Source: Halobacteriota archaeon
GTDB taxonomy: Archaea > Halobacteriota > Syntropharchaeia > DAOWMC01
Direction of reading: 5' to 3'
Length of the DNA: 57,254 nucleotides
Assembly: GCA_034190245.1 (NCBI GenBank)
Contig: JAXHTJ010000002.1
Location: 1 to 57,254, forward strand
Shown: one piece after another, positions 9,490 through 19,503 of the stretch
How the letters are laid out: the number at the start of each line of letters is the position of its first letter
How positions within the stretch are numbered: the stretch's first letter is position 1
Position numbers and translations under genes: made by a program
Notes under the pieces: model-generated
What the model was told of the DNA's origin: nothing
Databases searched by the model: none
The model's input: only the letters and a program-made list of their open reading frames with translations

Positions 9490-10533
9490 CTATGTTAGTA
9501 AATTTTTGTTCTCTTCAACCCAGCTTACAAGTCTACTTACACCTTCTTTAGCGCTTACCTTTGGATTCCATCTCAATTCTTTCTGCGCTTTTGTTATATC
9601 GGATATGTAAACCTTCTGATCCGAGGGCCTCCAATCTCCATAACTGATCTTGGTTCTTTTACCTGTTAGCTCTTTTAGTATGTCGAGTAGTTCCAGAAGT
9701 GATAGTGTGTTTTCAGATCCACCCCCGGTGTTGAAGACTCCATGTTTTAATGTGCTATCAATAAACAGGTCATAGGCTCTTACCAGATCTTCTACATACA
9801 GGACATCCCTGACCTGCTTTCCATCACCATAAATTGTAACGGGCTTATCCGTAAGAGTAGCAATCGTAAACCAGGCAACCCAACCCTGATCCTCAACTCC
9901 GAATTGTCTTGTCCCATATATACAACTCATCCTGAATACACCGGTCTTTAGGCCATAAACATAGGCGTAATCTTGGGTGTAGATGTCGCATGATAGCTTC
10001 GACGAGCCGTATGGCGTATGCTCACAATTATCCACTGGTAGATCCTCAGGAACCCCTTTTATATAGTCCTCATCGGTAAACTTGTACCTCTTCTCGTCCG
10101 ATGTAACCTGAATTTTATTGACATTGTCTCCGTACACTTTATTTGTGGAGCAATAGACCACACACGGGTTGTTTTTGCTCATTCTTGCTGCTTCGAGTAC
10201 ATTGAATGTCCCAATTGAATTTACCTCGAAGTCCGTTCTTGGGTCTTTTACAGATGTTGTCACCGCCGTCTGAGCCGCTGTATGTATGATCACATTAACG
10301 TCTTCAGCTGCCCCCTTCACCATCTCGGCATCTATAATACTGCCTTTTTTCAGTTCAATGTTCTTATACCCCTTGAGATGATTCCAGTTGAACATTGCAT
10401 TTGACTTATCATAGTCCAGAAGCTCTGCACGTGACAGATTGTCAAGCACAACAACCTCGTCACCATTCTTTGCATAGTACTCTGCCACATGACTTCCAAC
10501 GAAGCCTGCACCACCTGTTACGAGTATCTTCAT
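9490..10533 (-). CDS. Extended SDR sugar epimerase, CDP-paratose 2-epimerase-like
   Basis: GGAGFVGSH, STNKVYGD, YGSSKLSCD (YxxxK), GDGKQVRDVLYVED and SLSLLEL. These are collinear with RfbE-type epimerases as I recall them. Confidence 0.65.
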   Translation of the reverse strand: MKILVTGGAGFVGSHVAEYYAKNGDEVVVLDNLSRAELLDYDKSNAMFNWNHLKGYKNIELKKGSIIDAEMVKGAAEDVNVIIHTAAQTAVTTSVKDPRTDFEVNSIGTFNVLEAARMSKNNPCVVYCSTNKVYGDNVNKIQVTSDEKRYKFTDEDYIKGVPEDLPVDNCEHTPYGSSKLSCDIYTQDYAYVYGLKTGVFRMSCIYGTRQFGVEDQGWVAWFTIATLTDKPVTIYGDGKQVRDVLYVEDLVRAYDLFIDSTLKHGVFNTGGGSENTLSLLELLDILKELTGKRTKISYGDWRPSDQKVYISDITKAQKELRWNPKVSAKEGVSRLVSWVEENKNLLT

Positions 10534-11645
10534 TCTTCCACCAGCCCTTTTCTTAAGAGCTCTTTATGCGCATCATCAAACTTATCCTCTGCTTCCTCCC
10601 CTTTACCCCAATCTACAAGCTCTTTCATACCCTCTTCAAAGTTCACACCCGGCTCAAATCCGAGCTTACTTTTTATCTTGGAGATATCAGCGAAGCAGTG
10701 TCTTATATCTCCGGCCCTGAACTTGTTTGTTATCGTTGGCATAAGCTTCCCCTCTTTTCCATATAATTTTATAAGGGTATCCGAGATGTTTAAAATATTC
10801 ACTGACATTCCGCTTCCGACATTGAAAAACTCATAATTAGCACTCGATTTTTCCATGGCCAGGATATTCGCTTTTACGATATCATGAACACTTAAGAAGT
10901 CTCTTGATTGTATCCCGTCCTCAAATATCAAGGGTGGGTTATTATTCTTTATTCTTGATGAGAAGATCGCACATACACCCGTATACGGATTGTTCAGTGA
11001 TTGCCTTGGACCATAAACATTGAAATATCTTAAAGCGACAGTTGGAATTCCATACGCAATTCCGATACTGAGGCACATCTCTTCTTGGTCCCTTTTCGTT
11101 ATCGCATAGATTGAGGTTGGTCGCAGAGGCTTATCTTCATTTGTTGCTTCTGGCTCCACTACCCTGCCGCAATTCGGGCACTTCATCTCCCATTCTCTTT
11201 CTTTGAGTTGTTTCTCACCCCTCAACTTCGGATAAACAACGCCGCAATCTTCGCAGTTATAGGATCCTTCCCCATAGATGCTCATGGAAGATGCCACAAT
11301 CAGTTTTTTAATGCAGTGCTCCTCATTCACCAGGAAGTCCAGCAGTTTCGCCGTTGCATAGGTATTTGCACCTACGTAGTCTTCTATCTGATACATGCTC
11401 TGACCTACACCCACCGCCGAAGCCTCGTGAAAGACGATTTCCACACCTTCAAGGGCTTTTCTCAGTGAATTTTCATCCCTTACGTCTTTGAATATATATT
11501 TGGCCCCGTAATTCAGATAATCCGGCTTTCTTTTGTGAACCTGCGGTTCTAAATTGTCAAGAACCACGACTTCGTGATCTTTCGTCAGTTCGTCGACAAT
11601 GTGTGACCCTATGAATCCTGCTCCACCTGTTACAAGTATCTTCAT
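10530..11645 (-). CDS. NAD-dependent sugar epimerase/dehydratase with an inserted four-Cys zinc ribbon
   Basis: GGAGFIGSH, SSMSIYGEG and YAITK (YxxxK). A roughly 30-aa insertion, CEDCG...x21...CPNCG (nt about 11166-11255), lies between the Ser and Tyr catalytic motifs. Confidence 0.75.
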   Translation of the reverse strand: MKILVTGGAGFIGSHIVDELTKDHEVVVLDNLEPQVHKRKPDYLNYGAKYIFKDVRDENSLRKALEGVEIVFHEASAVGVGQSMYQIEDYVGANTYATAKLLDFLVNEEHCIKKLIVASSMSIYGEGSYNCEDCGVVYPKLRGEKQLKEREWEMKCPNCGRVVEPEATNEDKPLRPTSIYAITKRDQEEMCLSIGIAYGIPTVALRYFNVYGPRQSLNNPYTGVCAIFSSRIKNNNPPLIFEDGIQSRDFLSVHDIVKANILAMEKSSANYEFFNVGSGMSVNILNISDTLIKLYGKEGKLMPTITNKFRAGDIRHCFADISKIKSKLGFEPGVNFEEGMKELVDWGKGEEAEDKFDDAHKELLRKGLVEE

Positions 11646-12658
11646 CTTCCCACCTCAAAGCTCTTTATCATCCTACTTAGCCCCTCTTCTATACTAATTT
11701 TTGGTCTCCACCCCAGAAGATCATTTGCCTTACCTATGTCAGGACACCTTCTTGGTGGATCGTCTTTGGGCAGATCGCTAAAAACAATCTCCGAATCGGA
11801 GTTTGTCAGATTCTTTATCATCTCTGCAAGCTCCAGGATTGTCATTTCATTGTCGTTTCCAATATTTACAACCTCACCTTTGAGGCCGTCAAAAGAGAGC
11901 AGCCTTATTATACCTTCCACCTCGTCTGCGACATAACAGAAACTTCTGGTCTGAGATCCATCTCCAAATACCGTAATTGGTTCGTTGTTCAGACATTGGT
12001 CGATAAATCGTGGAATCACCCTACCATAGATACCTTCTGCCCTCATTCTCGGTCCGTATGTGTTGAAGATTCTTACCATCCGGGTGTCCAGATCGTGCTG
12101 CAAATTATAGGCGATTACATAAGATTCCCCACACCGTTTCGCTTCATCGTAGCAGCTCCTCGGACCGATAGGATTCACATTTCCATTGTGACTCTCGGGG
12201 GTGGGTATCACCGTTGTTGAACCGTATATCTCCGATGTGGAAGTGTATAAAAATCTCGCACCATGCTTCTTTGCAATACCAAGGGAGACCCATATACCGA
12301 GTGTATTTGCCTTCAGGATCTGGATTGGATACTCCTCAAACTCGAATGGGGATGCCCTGCTTGCGAGGTGTAAAACCACATCTATCGGCTCATCGAAGAA
12401 GATTGGTTGCGAAATATCGTGCTCTATGAACTCGAAATTTTCATCATCTATCAAGTGAGCAATATTTACTTTTGCACCACTAGCGAGATTATCCAGGCAT
12501 TTCACTTTTGCCTTCTGCTGAATTAAGAGATCGCAGATCCACGAGCCAAGAAAACCCGCCCCTCCTGTTACGAGTATCATCTTATCTTCAAAACTGATAC
12601 CCCCAAGGTTTTTTATTATCTCTTCAATCTCTTTCTTCGTCATTTTTAGCCCCCTCAT
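11642..12658 (-). CDS. uxs: UDP-glucuronate decarboxylase (UDP-xylose synthase)
   Basis: GGAGFLGSW, TSTSEIYG, YDEAKR, RIFNTYGPRM and GDGSQTRSFCYV, which are hallmark UXS motifs. Confidence 0.8.
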   Translation of the reverse strand: MRGLKMTKKEIEEIIKNLGGISFEDKMILVTGGAGFLGSWICDLLIQQKAKVKCLDNLASGAKVNIAHLIDDENFEFIEHDISQPIFFDEPIDVVLHLASRASPFEFEEYPIQILKANTLGIWVSLGIAKKHGARFLYTSTSEIYGSTTVIPTPESHNGNVNPIGPRSCYDEAKRCGESYVIAYNLQHDLDTRMVRIFNTYGPRMRAEGIYGRVIPRFIDQCLNNEPITVFGDGSQTRSFCYVADEVEGIIRLLSFDGLKGEVVNIGNDNEMTILELAEMIKNLTNSDSEIVFSDLPKDDPPRRCPDIGKANDLLGWRPKISIEEGLSRMIKSFEVGR

Positions 12659-13476
12659 TTTACCATCGAATTGATGAAATCTCTGACTTCGGCGGCGAAT
12701 CTATCATCCTTTAAGAAGAGTTCTATATTCGATTTTATCCAGTCGAGCTTGTTACCTATGTCGTATCTGCGCCCCCTGTAAATATATGCATACATCCTCT
12801 CTTTCTCGAGGCGCATCGCGTCCGTAATCTGGATCTCACCACCTTTACCTGGGGGTGTTTTTTCTATAGCATCGAATATGGCCGGTGTCAGAATATATCT
12901 ACCGAGGATTCCCAGATTTGATGGTGCATCTTCCGGGGATGGTTTCTCGACCATATCCTCGATGAGATAGACGTCTTCTTCGATATTCTTCCCATCTATT
13001 ATGCCATAGCTACTTATCATATCTTCAGGCACCTCCTCAACAGCGATAATGGATGTCTTGAACTCCTCGTACTTCTCAATCAATTCTTTAGTGCATTCGG
13101 GTATAGTGATAGTGTCTCCTAAAAGCAGCGCAAACGACTCATCTCCCACGAATCTCTTTGCATAATAAACAGCGTCTCCCAGTCCCCGTGGTTCTCGCTG
13201 TCGTATATAAAATATATTCACGCCACTCAACATCTCATCTATCTCATCCAGAAGTTTGTTTTTCACTTCATTCTTATCAAAAAAGTCCTCTATCGCCCTC
13301 TTCCCCTTCCCGGTGATTATCAGAATGTCCTCAATTCCAGAAGCTATCGCTTCTTCTACAACAAACTGGATTACTGGCTTGTCAACAACGGGCAGCATCT
13401 CCTTTGGCATCGACTTTGTAGCGGGAAGAAACCTCGTACCCAGTCCCGCTGCAGGTATTACGGCCTTTTTTATCAT
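12655..13476 (-). CDS. galU: UTP-glucose-1-phosphate uridylyltransferase
   Basis: KAVIPAAGLGTRFLPATKSMPKEMLPVVDKP and EPRGLGDAV. Its start overlaps the stop of the upstream gene (ATGA). Confidence 0.85.
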   Translation of the reverse strand: MIKKAVIPAAGLGTRFLPATKSMPKEMLPVVDKPVIQFVVEEAIASGIEDILIITGKGKRAIEDFFDKNEVKNKLLDEIDEMLSGVNIFYIRQREPRGLGDAVYYAKRFVGDESFALLLGDTITIPECTKELIEKYEEFKTSIIAVEEVPEDMISSYGIIDGKNIEEDVYLIEDMVEKPSPEDAPSNLGILGRYILTPAIFDAIEKTPPGKGGEIQITDAMRLEKERMYAYIYRGRRYDIGNKLDWIKSNIELFLKDDRFAAEVRDFINSMVK

Positions 13477-14390
13477 TCTCGGACACCGTACTTCTCTTTG
13501 ATCTCTTCATTTATATGCTCTACTGCTTTTAAAAGCTCAGGATCTTTATACTTCTCAGAGAATGAGATGAGGGCCCTCAGATCCTTCGGCAGGCACTTTC
13601 CTCCGAATGCCATACCGTGGACCGTTCCATACTTACCGATTCGGGGATCCAGGGCAGCGATATCCGCCACTGTCTCGGAATCTATACCCAGCTCTTTACA
13701 TATCAAAAATATCTCGTTCCAGTAGGATATTTTCGTTGCGAGCATGCAGTTACAAGCGTATTTTATCATCTCTGCTGTCTTTAAATCGGTCCTGAAGATC
13801 GGTTTATTGAGCGGCTTATAGATCTCCTCCAGAAGGTCCCCCGACCTCTTATCAAACTCACCGATGACTATCCGATCTTCGGTGAAGAGGTCTTTTTCGA
13901 AGTCGGAATCGTCACACCAGGTACTTGCGATCTCGGTTAAAAATTCGGGATTCATGCAGACTCCAAATTCACCGGCTTTCTTCCCGGAGTATTCCTCCAA
14001 TACAGGGATTACCACATCCTCTGTTGTTTTCGGAATTACGGTGCTCTTAGTGACAACAAGGTGGTAACCATCTTTTTTTCCTATCTCCACCCCAACGTTT
14101 TTAGACGCTTCTCTGATGAAGCTCAGATCAATTTCACCGTCACTTGGTGTTGGTACACATAAAAAAGTGATATCAGAGTTTTCAATTGCGCGACCCAGGT
14201 CACCTGTAAAATTTGGCAGGTCTTTATCCACGACGTCATAAAAGATAGTCTCGTAACCCATCTTCATAAACCCTCTGCCAACGCCTTCACCCACAAAACC
14301 GCTTCCGATTATGCTTATCTTTTTCAAGTCATATCCCTTCCTTGGATTAATACTCACTTTACAAAACTTATGTATTTCCCCAGACCCCAA
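13473..14390 (-). CDS. UDP-glucose/GDP-mannose dehydrogenase family protein lacking the C-terminal UDP-binding domain
   Basis: NAD-binding motif ISIIGSGFVGEG and catalytic-Cys motif GGKCLPKD. The ORF stops 35 aa after that motif. An alternative TTG start at 14327 lies just before KKISIIGSG. Confidence 0.65.
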   Translation of the reverse strand: MGSGEIHKFCKVSINPRKGYDLKKISIIGSGFVGEGVGRGFMKMGYETIFYDVVDKDLPNFTGDLGRAIENSDITFLCVPTPSDGEIDLSFIREASKNVGVEIGKKDGYHLVVTKSTVIPKTTEDVVIPVLEEYSGKKAGEFGVCMNPEFLTEIASTWCDDSDFEKDLFTEDRIVIGEFDKRSGDLLEEIYKPLNKPIFRTDLKTAEMIKYACNCMLATKISYWNEIFLICKELGIDSETVADIAALDPRIGKYGTVHGMAFGGKCLPKDLRALISFSEKYKDPELLKAVEHINEEIKEKYGVRE

Positions 14391-14436
14391 TACTTAGGAA
14401 TGAAAGTCACCCATCCCTGCATTAACACAGGAGGAG

Positions 14437-16065
14437 ATGATTAATATTAAATGCTTTGATGAAAACTACTCAGATGAATTCATCAAAAAGTTTAAATGTA
14501 ATAAAATGGAGAAATTCTTTGTCCTATTAATTTCAAGGTGGATGGTGATGGATGGGATGACTTCTGATGAGAGAGATAAAAAGAGAATTGTTAGCTTTTT
14601 TATCACATCAGTCATAGTTTTGGCTCTCGTTTTTTCAGGTCCTGCCGGTGCCGTTTTTGTCGGTGTTAACATTGTAAAACCTGCATACAATAGCTCGGTT
14701 GGGTTTATTAATTTTACAGTTTGGGTTGATATTGAAAATGGTGAGCGTTTGCCTATACAGAATTTGACGTTGGATATTTCGGGTCCGGATGATGAGAGTT
14801 GTAAGTTTTACCCAAATGGAAATAACATCTCTGGCTGTGACAATGTGAGTATAGCGCTCATTTCATCACTTGTAAATAGTACCGGTCAAAGATATGGTTA
14901 TGACTGGAATAATGGAACGAATTACACTTTTACCTATGGATCGGGTTTTATTAATTATACATCCGGCAATGCAGAACTACGTTATAACGTCACCTGGAAC
15001 CTTACAGCGGCCAATGTAAGTGATGGTAATTATAACGCGACACTATATGCCCATGCGGGTGATGGTGTGAATTCCCATATATATTCGTCAAATAATGTTA
15101 CGAATTTTACAATTGATAGTGCAGCTCCAAAAATAACAAACGTCAAAGCAAGTGACATAACAACCAGTTCGGCAACGATAACCTGGGCAACAGCAAACGA
15201 TGCATCAGACAGTGTTGTTGAGTATGGCAAAACAACGTCTTACGGATCAACTAAATCAAATACATCTATGGTCACATCTCACTCAATAAAGTTAACTGGA
15301 TTATCTGCAAACACAAAATACCATTACAGGGTAAAATCATCAACCGATGTAGTAAGCAACTCGGCTGTTTCTTCTGATCGAACATTCACAACCAGTAAAG
15401 AAGATGATGGCCAAAACGGTGGTGGCCTAGGTGGTGGAGGCGGCGGTGGCGGTGCTTTCCCAACTTCATCGAATAACGTTCCAACAGACAACACCGGGAG
15501 ATTGACATCTACAACCACTATACCAACCTCTGATGGGGGTGCAAAGCTTACACTTACTGAAGGGACAACGGCATTAGACTCAGATGGATCTCCATTGAAG
15601 TCAATTAGTATTACTCCTATGTCTGTGGGTGGAACGATAGCCTCATTTAATATTGGACCGGAAGGGGCAACTTTCAAACCATCGATAACACTCACTGTTA
15701 ATTATGATCCAGAGGACGTACCAGAGGGAAAAGTTGTAGTCATAAAGATGTACGACGGAACAAAATGGACCTCACTTGAGACCACGGTTGATACCGAGGC
15801 TAGCACTGCAACCGTAAAGATAGGTCATTTCACATACTTCGCATTATTCTTAGAAGAATCATCAATCATACATACAATCTTACCACCTGTAATACCTATC
15901 ACATCAGCTGCAACCCCAACACAATCTCCTATAGCAACCATAATAACGCCAACACCTACACCCTTAAATTGGGGAAGTGTCATTGCTAGAACTATCCTGC
16001 TGGCGATAATCGGTCTTGCTGCATACTACTATGTATCGAACAGGAACGGAAGTAACAGACTATAA
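14437..16065 (+). CDS. Cell-surface glycoprotein candidate: signal peptide, Fn3-like domain, poly-Gly linker and C-terminal membrane anchor
   Basis: Signal peptide KKRIVSFFITSVIVLALVFSGPAGA; the true start is probably an internal Met at 14506-14557. I count 16 N-x-S/T sequons. An Fn3-like segment reads ITNVKASDITTSSATITWAT...YHYRV. GGGLGGGGGGGG forms a linker, followed by a PT-rich stalk and the TM helix ILLAIIGLAAYYYV. Confidence 0.6.
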   Translation: MINIKCFDENYSDEFIKKFKCNKMEKFFVLLISRWMVMDGMTSDERDKKRIVSFFITSVIVLALVFSGPAGAVFVGVNIVKPAYNSSVGFINFTVWVDIENGERLPIQNLTLDISGPDDESCKFYPNGNNISGCDNVSIALISSLVNSTGQRYGYDWNNGTNYTFTYGSGFINYTSGNAELRYNVTWNLTAANVSDGNYNATLYAHAGDGVNSHIYSSNNVTNFTIDSAAPKITNVKASDITTSSATITWATANDASDSVVEYGKTTSYGSTKSNTSMVTSHSIKLTGLSANTKYHYRVKSSTDVVSNSAVSSDRTFTTSKEDDGQNGGGLGGGGGGGGAFPTSSNNVPTDNTGRLTSTTTIPTSDGGAKLTLTEGTTALDSDGSPLKSISITPMSVGGTIASFNIGPEGATFKPSITLTVNYDPEDVPEGKVVVIKMYDGTKWTSLETTVDTEASTATVKIGHFTYFALFLEESSIIHTILPPVIPITSAATPTQSPIATIITPTPTPLNWGSVIARTILLAIIGLAAYYYVSNRNGSNRL

Positions 16066-16141
16066 TGAATGATTTTAGTCTTCCTTTTAATTTCTCATCG
16101 ACTGAAAACCCACCTTTTTACCACAATCCTTTTGTCATAAT

Positions 16142-17002
16142 ATGGATAATAGTAAGTTTGGGGATCAGTTGATGGATAGTATTATCAGACTGTTGCTTTT
16201 ATGGATTTTGGCAACTCTGGGGCTCACGGTAATAGGTTGGTTTGGCGGAAACAGACTTGGCTTCGGGTTTTATGGTCCAGTTATAATGTTAGAGTTTGTC
16301 ACCATTATTACAATGTTCATCTATTTTTCCAGCGATAAGGTATTGTTGCGCTGGTATCGTGCGAAGCAGATGCCTCAGGAGCATAACTCGTACAAGATCG
16401 TTGATGAACTGGCAAGAAAGATAGATATCCCCACTCCAAAGCTTTTTGTGGCCGAGATGTCGATTCCGACAATATTTGCCGTTGGAAGAAATTCAAGACA
16501 TGCATCAATTGTTTTGACAAGTTCACTCATCGATCTGCTGGATGAAGAGGAGCTGGGTGCAGTTGTGGCGCATGAGATGTACCATATCGATCGTGGGGAC
16601 ACTTTTGTAAGTACTGTTGTTGCGGCAGTTGCCGGTATACCTACCATCTTAATAAATTCTACTTCAGTCTTCTTTGGTTTCTTTGTTGCCACATTAGTCG
16701 CCCCGCCCGCAGCCCTTGTCATAAAACTGACAATGCCCCTGTCAAGAGAACATTTTGCAGATTTAAAGAGCGTAGATATTTTTGGAAAAGCGGAGAAATT
16801 GAGCAGTGCTCTGTATAAGATTCAAGAGAGGTTAGATTCTAACAACTACAAGGTCAATCCATCGCATGTTCATCTATTCATATTGAACCCACTTCATTAT
16901 AACAGGCTGAAGTTACTCGGGCTCGAGTTACCGACATATAACAGGTTATTCAACACTCACCCACCGATCAATGAGCGTTTGAATATGCTAAAGTCTTTTT
17001 AG
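16142..17002 (+). CDS. htpX: M48 family zinc metalloprotease, HtpX-like
   Basis: HEMYHI (HExxH), flanking TM helices, and the C-terminal THPPINERL motif. Confidence 0.75.
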   Translation: MDNSKFGDQLMDSIIRLLLLWILATLGLTVIGWFGGNRLGFGFYGPVIMLEFVTIITMFIYFSSDKVLLRWYRAKQMPQEHNSYKIVDELARKIDIPTPKLFVAEMSIPTIFAVGRNSRHASIVLTSSLIDLLDEEELGAVVAHEMYHIDRGDTFVSTVVAAVAGIPTILINSTSVFFGFFVATLVAPPAALVIKLTMPLSREHFADLKSVDIFGKAEKLSSALYKIQERLDSNNYKVNPSHVHLFILNPLHYNRLKLLGLELPTYNRLFNTHPPINERLNMLKSF

Positions 17003-18108
17003 GCCGCACTTAAAGCCTTCTTTAGAAGCTCTTTTTGCTCTGTTGTGAGTTTTCTTGGCGTCTCGATTATGACCTGAACATGCTGATCGCCGCGTCCTTT
17101 ACCATTCAATCTTGGCATACCTTTATCTTTTAAGCGGAAACGAGTATGGGTCTGAGTCCCCGCCGGTATCTTGATCTTGGCCATCTTACCATCTATCGTC
17201 GGAACGCTTATTTCGCCACCCAGAGTTGCTTGAAGAAAGCTTATCTGTGATTTCATATGCAGGTTGCTGCTTCTCCTATCGAAGATCTCATGTGGTAGAA
17301 CATTGAGGACAACACGCATATCGCCTGCATTTCCACCGCTGTCAGAAGGCATCCCACCTCCGGGAATCTTGATCTCATAACCGGTTTCCACACCTTTCTT
17401 AATCTTGATCTTCGTTTTTGTGTTCTTCTGCGTCGTGCCGCTTCCACCACAGGCAGGGCAGGGGCTTATAAGTCCTGAACCTCCACACGTAGGGCAAACG
17501 CCAGATGTCATAATACGGGCACCTCCTCTGCTCTGAACGACTCTGACACTACCTGATCCTTTACAGTTCGGACATGCCTTGGAAGGGGATCCGGCACCAA
17601 CACCGGTACCGTTACAGGCTGTACATCTCCTTGACATCGGCACTTCAATGATCTTCTCACCGCCTGAAAATGCATCTTCGAGTGTGATATCCACATTTAC
17701 GCGAACGTCAGTCCCCTTTCTTGCTCTTTGTGACTGACTGCTAAAAAGTGTGTCAAATGATGACCCGGAAGCCCTCCTGCCGCCGAATAAGCTCTCGAAT
17801 AGATCACTTCCGAATATATCTTCCACATCGCCATAATGGGTGAAGTTGTTCCAGCTGAACCCCTGCGACCCAAATGCCTCTTCCGCAGCACTTTGTCCAA
17901 ATCTGTCGTACTTTTCCCTCTTCTCTTTATCAATTAAAACTTCGTAAGCCTCTGATATCCCCTTGAACTTCTCCTCAGCCTCTTTTTTATCACCCTTGTA
18001 CGTGTCTGGATGATACTGTTTGGCAAGTTTTCTGAAGGCCTTTTTTATCTCATCTTCAGTTGCGCTTTTACTCACGCCGAGTACATCATAATAGTCCTGC
18101 TCTGCCAT
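16999..18108 (-). CDS. dnaJ: Molecular chaperone DnaJ
   Basis: J domain (DYYDVLGV...YHPD), G/F-rich region, and four CxxCxGxG zinc-finger repeats ([32 protein letters not shown]). Confidence 0.9.
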   Translation of the reverse strand: MAEQDYYDVLGVSKSATEDEIKKAFRKLAKQYHPDTYKGDKKEAEEKFKGISEAYEVLIDKEKREKYDRFGQSAAEEAFGSQGFSWNNFTHYGDVEDIFGSDLFESLFGGRRASGSSFDTLFSSQSQRARKGTDVRVNVDITLEDAFSGGEKIIEVPMSRRCTACNGTGVGAGSPSKACPNCKGSGSVRVVQSRGGARIMTSGVCPTCGGSGLISPCPACGGSGTTQKNTKTKIKIKKGVETGYEIKIPGGGMPSDSGGNAGDMRVVLNVLPHEIFDRRSSNLHMKSQISFLQATLGGEISVPTIDGKMAKIKIPAGTQTHTRFRLKDKGMPRLNGKGRGDQHVQVIIETPRKLTTEQKELLKKALSAA

Positions 18109-18117
18109 CGCTAAGCC

Positions 18118-19503
18118 CTACTTATATCTTTCAAATGTGCAAACGACCGAAAGTGCCCTGATTGCACGCTCTATGGAGCTGTAAACCGGGAATTTATTCA
18201 TCTCTAACTCCTCTGTGACTCCCTCGACCATATTTTTATTCCCGATTGCAGATATTACCAAAGGTTTATTCTGATTAATTCCGGATAACCTTTTCGTATC
18301 CAGAATCGGAATCCCCGCCATCAGTCCGACAACAAGAACCAGGGCATCTACATTATCATCTTCAATAACGGCTTCTATTGCCACGTTGAGTGCTTCAAGC
18401 CCTGAGACTTCCATAGCGGGCCATAGGTCGATCGGATTCGTTAAAACGTGCCACTCTGGGTTGATCTCACCTAACCTATCCATCGTCTCCATGGAGAGTT
18501 CGGCAAGCTTCAGCCCATTCTCTTGAACACAGTCAGCACCAATAACACAACCCGCACCCGTGATACTGATTATGGCGACCCTATCTCCTCTTGCGATCGG
18601 TAAGAACGAGAAAGCCTTCACAAAGTCCATCATCTCTTCGAATCCGTTCACTCTTAATATACCTGATTGTTTGCAGACCGCATCAAATAAATGATCACTT
18701 CCCGATAAAGAACTAGTATGTGATTTTGCAGCTCTTGCTCCGGCGTCAGTCTTACCCGATTTGAATACGATTATGGGCTTATCTTTTGAGATCTCTTTTG
18801 AGACTTCAAGAAACCTTCTGCCGTCCTTCAGCCCTTCGAGATAGATTCCGATCACATCAGTTTTTGGATCTTCTGCGAGATACTCAAGCGCTAAAGCGTC
18901 ATCTACGTCGCATTTGTTCCCCAGGCCAAAGACCTTACTGATGCCGAAGTACTGTGATGTCACGATGTGATCGAGCATCATTCCGGCAAAGACTCCGGTC
19001 TGTACTATAAAAGAGGCGTTTCCGGGTCTAAGGCGGTTTAATCGTACAAAGGTCGTTGTGAAGTTGTTGTAAGCGTTGACTATGCCAGTGGTGTTCGGAC
19101 CAACGATCCGTATACCTGCATCTCTTGCAATTGCGATTATCTCTTCCTCCAGCTCATCGTTCCCCTCTTCTGAGAAACCGGATGATATCAAGACCACCGA
19201 TTTGACACCGTTTGTGGCGCAACCGGCCATAACTTCCGGCACAGCCTTCGCAGGTACAGCTATAACGGCAAGATCAACTCTTTCTATCTCCTCAATGCTC
19301 GGATACGTCTTAAGCCCCAGGATCTCATCTGCACCAGGATTTATGGGAAATAACTTACCTTCGAAACCGAGACCGAGTAGATTCTTTACTATCGTATTTC
19401 CAGATTTGCCTTCTGATCTTGATGCCCCAATTATCGCAACACTATCCGGCTCTATAAAACTCTTAATCTCTGAAAAGTTGTCCACTGCGTTCATTCCTTT
19501 CAA
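18118..19503 (-). CDS. ADP-forming acyl-CoA synthetase alpha subunit-like CoA-binding protein
   Basis: CoA-binding N-terminus (SVAIIGASRSEGKSGN), a succinyl-CoA-ligase-like fold, and a phosphohistidine loop (AAKSHTSSLSGS). Confidence 0.7.
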   Translation of the reverse strand: MKGMNAVDNFSEIKSFIEPDSVAIIGASRSEGKSGNTIVKNLLGLGFEGKLFPINPGADEILGLKTYPSIEEIERVDLAVIAVPAKAVPEVMAGCATNGVKSVVLISSGFSEEGNDELEEEIIAIARDAGIRIVGPNTTGIVNAYNNFTTTFVRLNRLRPGNASFIVQTGVFAGMMLDHIVTSQYFGISKVFGLGNKCDVDDALALEYLAEDPKTDVIGIYLEGLKDGRRFLEVSKEISKDKPIIVFKSGKTDAGARAAKSHTSSLSGSDHLFDAVCKQSGILRVNGFEEMMDFVKAFSFLPIARGDRVAIISITGAGCVIGADCVQENGLKLAELSMETMDRLGEINPEWHVLTNPIDLWPAMEVSGLEALNVAIEAVIEDDNVDALVLVVGLMAGIPILDTKRLSGINQNKPLVISAIGNKNMVEGVTEELEMNKFPVYSSIERAIRALSVVCTFERYK

